Shown here: positions 6,786 through 7,907 of the stretch, piece after piece
How the letters are laid out: each line of letters starts with the position of its first letter
How positions within the stretch are numbered: the first letter of the stretch is position 1
From: Azolla caroliniana
Taxonomy: Eukaryota > Plantae > Polypodiophyta
Reading direction: 5' to 3'
Length of the DNA: 7,907 bases
NCBI GenBank assembly: GCA_043228905.1
Contig: JBHGNT010001471.1
Location: 1 to 7,907 of the forward strand
The notes under the pieces: model-generated
The model's database searches: none
What the model was told of the DNA's origin: nothing
What the model saw: only the letters and a program-made list of their open reading frames with translations
Program-made: the position numbers and the translations under genes

Positions 6786-7907
6786 TCCCGGTTCTCGCCA
6801 CCGAGGGATTCGCGGTTTCGCTCGTGGTTCGGCCGCACCGTCAGAAATTGGACCGAATGGCGCCCGTCCTGGCTTTTGACCCTCGCGTAGGCCGAACCGT
6901 TGTCCAGCACCTTGGTCTCCATTTGCGCCGCCGTGATGTATGGTTCCCCTAATATGACCGGGTGCGAGGACGTCTCCTGTACGGAGAAGTGCTGGTCAAT
7001 CTCGACGTCACCAATCTTGACTCGCACGTTCGGGCAGGCCCCGTGCAGTTCCTCGGTGGTGCGCGTCGCCGCCCGTATCTTCCACCTGTGCTTGGTGTTG
7101 AGCGGCCACTTTCGCTTCTTATAGAAGTCCATGGACATCAGGTTTATTTCCGAACCGTCGTCCACCAATGCCACCACCGGTTCCTGAACATCTCCGATCT
7201 CTATCGGGGTCTCCGTGGTCGCTCAGGCCCAGTGTGGCCTCGAATAGTGGCTCTCCGCCCACTCATCTTCCAACGCCAAGTCGTCGATGTGCGTCGTCCG
7301 CACCTCCACTGGCCTTTCCGGTTCCGTCTCCGTCGACAGCCTCTTCCGCTTCACCAAGTCCATAATGGAGTCGTGGAACTCCTTCTTAGCGATCCCTAGC
7401 ACCTCCCGCAATGACAGCTCCACTTTGCTGTCGAGGATCCGCTCTTCTAGGACCTTTCGTAGGTCCGTGGTCCTTTCTATTTCCGTCCCCAGTCGGTATC
7501 CGCCCTTCCTGGGGTTATCTTGCGCGTTGGACCCCCCGACATCGTTCCGTCGTTGCCCGAATCGGGTCTCGTATCGTTGTGAGGGCCCGGCCGCTCCGGC
7601 TTTCCCCACTCGTTTGTCTTCTACCAGAGCCTCGTAGTTCCGGCAGGCGGCCTCTACGAAGCCCGTCTTCTCCTCGACCGGGTCGCTCCACCCGGTTATT
7701 TCCCGGACCCGTCTCTCAGCGCGCTCCGTTTCATCTTTCCTTAGCCGTGCGCCGGCAAGACCTTCCAGCATTGCCGACCAGAATCCGTCTTTGCCCTCCT
7801 TTCGGGCCTCGCTGCCCCCGACCCGAATGCTGGCTGACGCCGAGTAGTGGATGGCCTCCACGTGTCGGGCTGCTGCCTCTTCCATCAATCTCTTCATTCC
7901 TCCTCGC
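6776..7907 (-). pseudogene. gag: gag C-terminal region plus aspartic protease, one frame with a single premature TGA (7225-7223)
   Basis: ORFs 7223..7897 and 6776..7177 share a frame (HWA*ATTETPIEIGDVQEPVVALVDDGSEINLMS...PVILGEPY). The stop is consistent with CGA>TGA. Confidence 0.85.

Larger units (their letters stand above)
5455..7907 (-). mobile_element. GC-rich Ty3/gypsy-type LTR retrotransposon, internally deleted; 5' part lies outside the window
   Basis: gag-protease ORF, then the integrase C-terminus, PPT and LTR. No RT, RNase H or integrase-core motifs lie between them. Confidence 0.88.

Noticed and set aside
6382-7637. Plus-strand ORFs of 116-165 aa
   Set aside because: These are antisense shadows of the GC-rich gag-pro and integrase frames.

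Overview
This window is eukaryotic repeat DNA with no host gene: five transposable elements nested inside one another. The host is probably a non-seed plant, inferred from the Tcn1-like chromovirus. (1) Positions 1-5175 (+) are a decayed Ty3/gypsy chromovirus: gag end, protease, RT, RNase H, integrase, chromodomain, PPT and a 3' LTR at 4725-5175. (2) A 375-bp hAT-type MITE (1842-2216, 8-bp TSD) splits its RNase H. (3) An 828-bp TG...CA insertion (3789-4616, perfect GTCGC TSD) splits its chromodomain. It looks like two unrelated LTRs fused in convergent orientation across an exactly 18-nt tRNA-Arg PBS. (4) A 279-bp relic of a Ty1/copia RT (5176-5454, minus strand) is the substrate into which both large elements inserted. 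(5) Positions 5455-7907 (-) are a GC-rich gypsy-type element with gag-protease, an internal deletion removing RT, RNase H and the integrase core, the integrase tail, PPT and a 642-bp LTR. The most unusual signals are the two-LTR composite, an antisense tRNA-like Pol III A/B-box module at the start of the chromovirus LTR, and a slippery heptamer plus pseudoknot (-1 frameshift) signal in each gypsy element. All coordinates were read by eye and no database searches were run.
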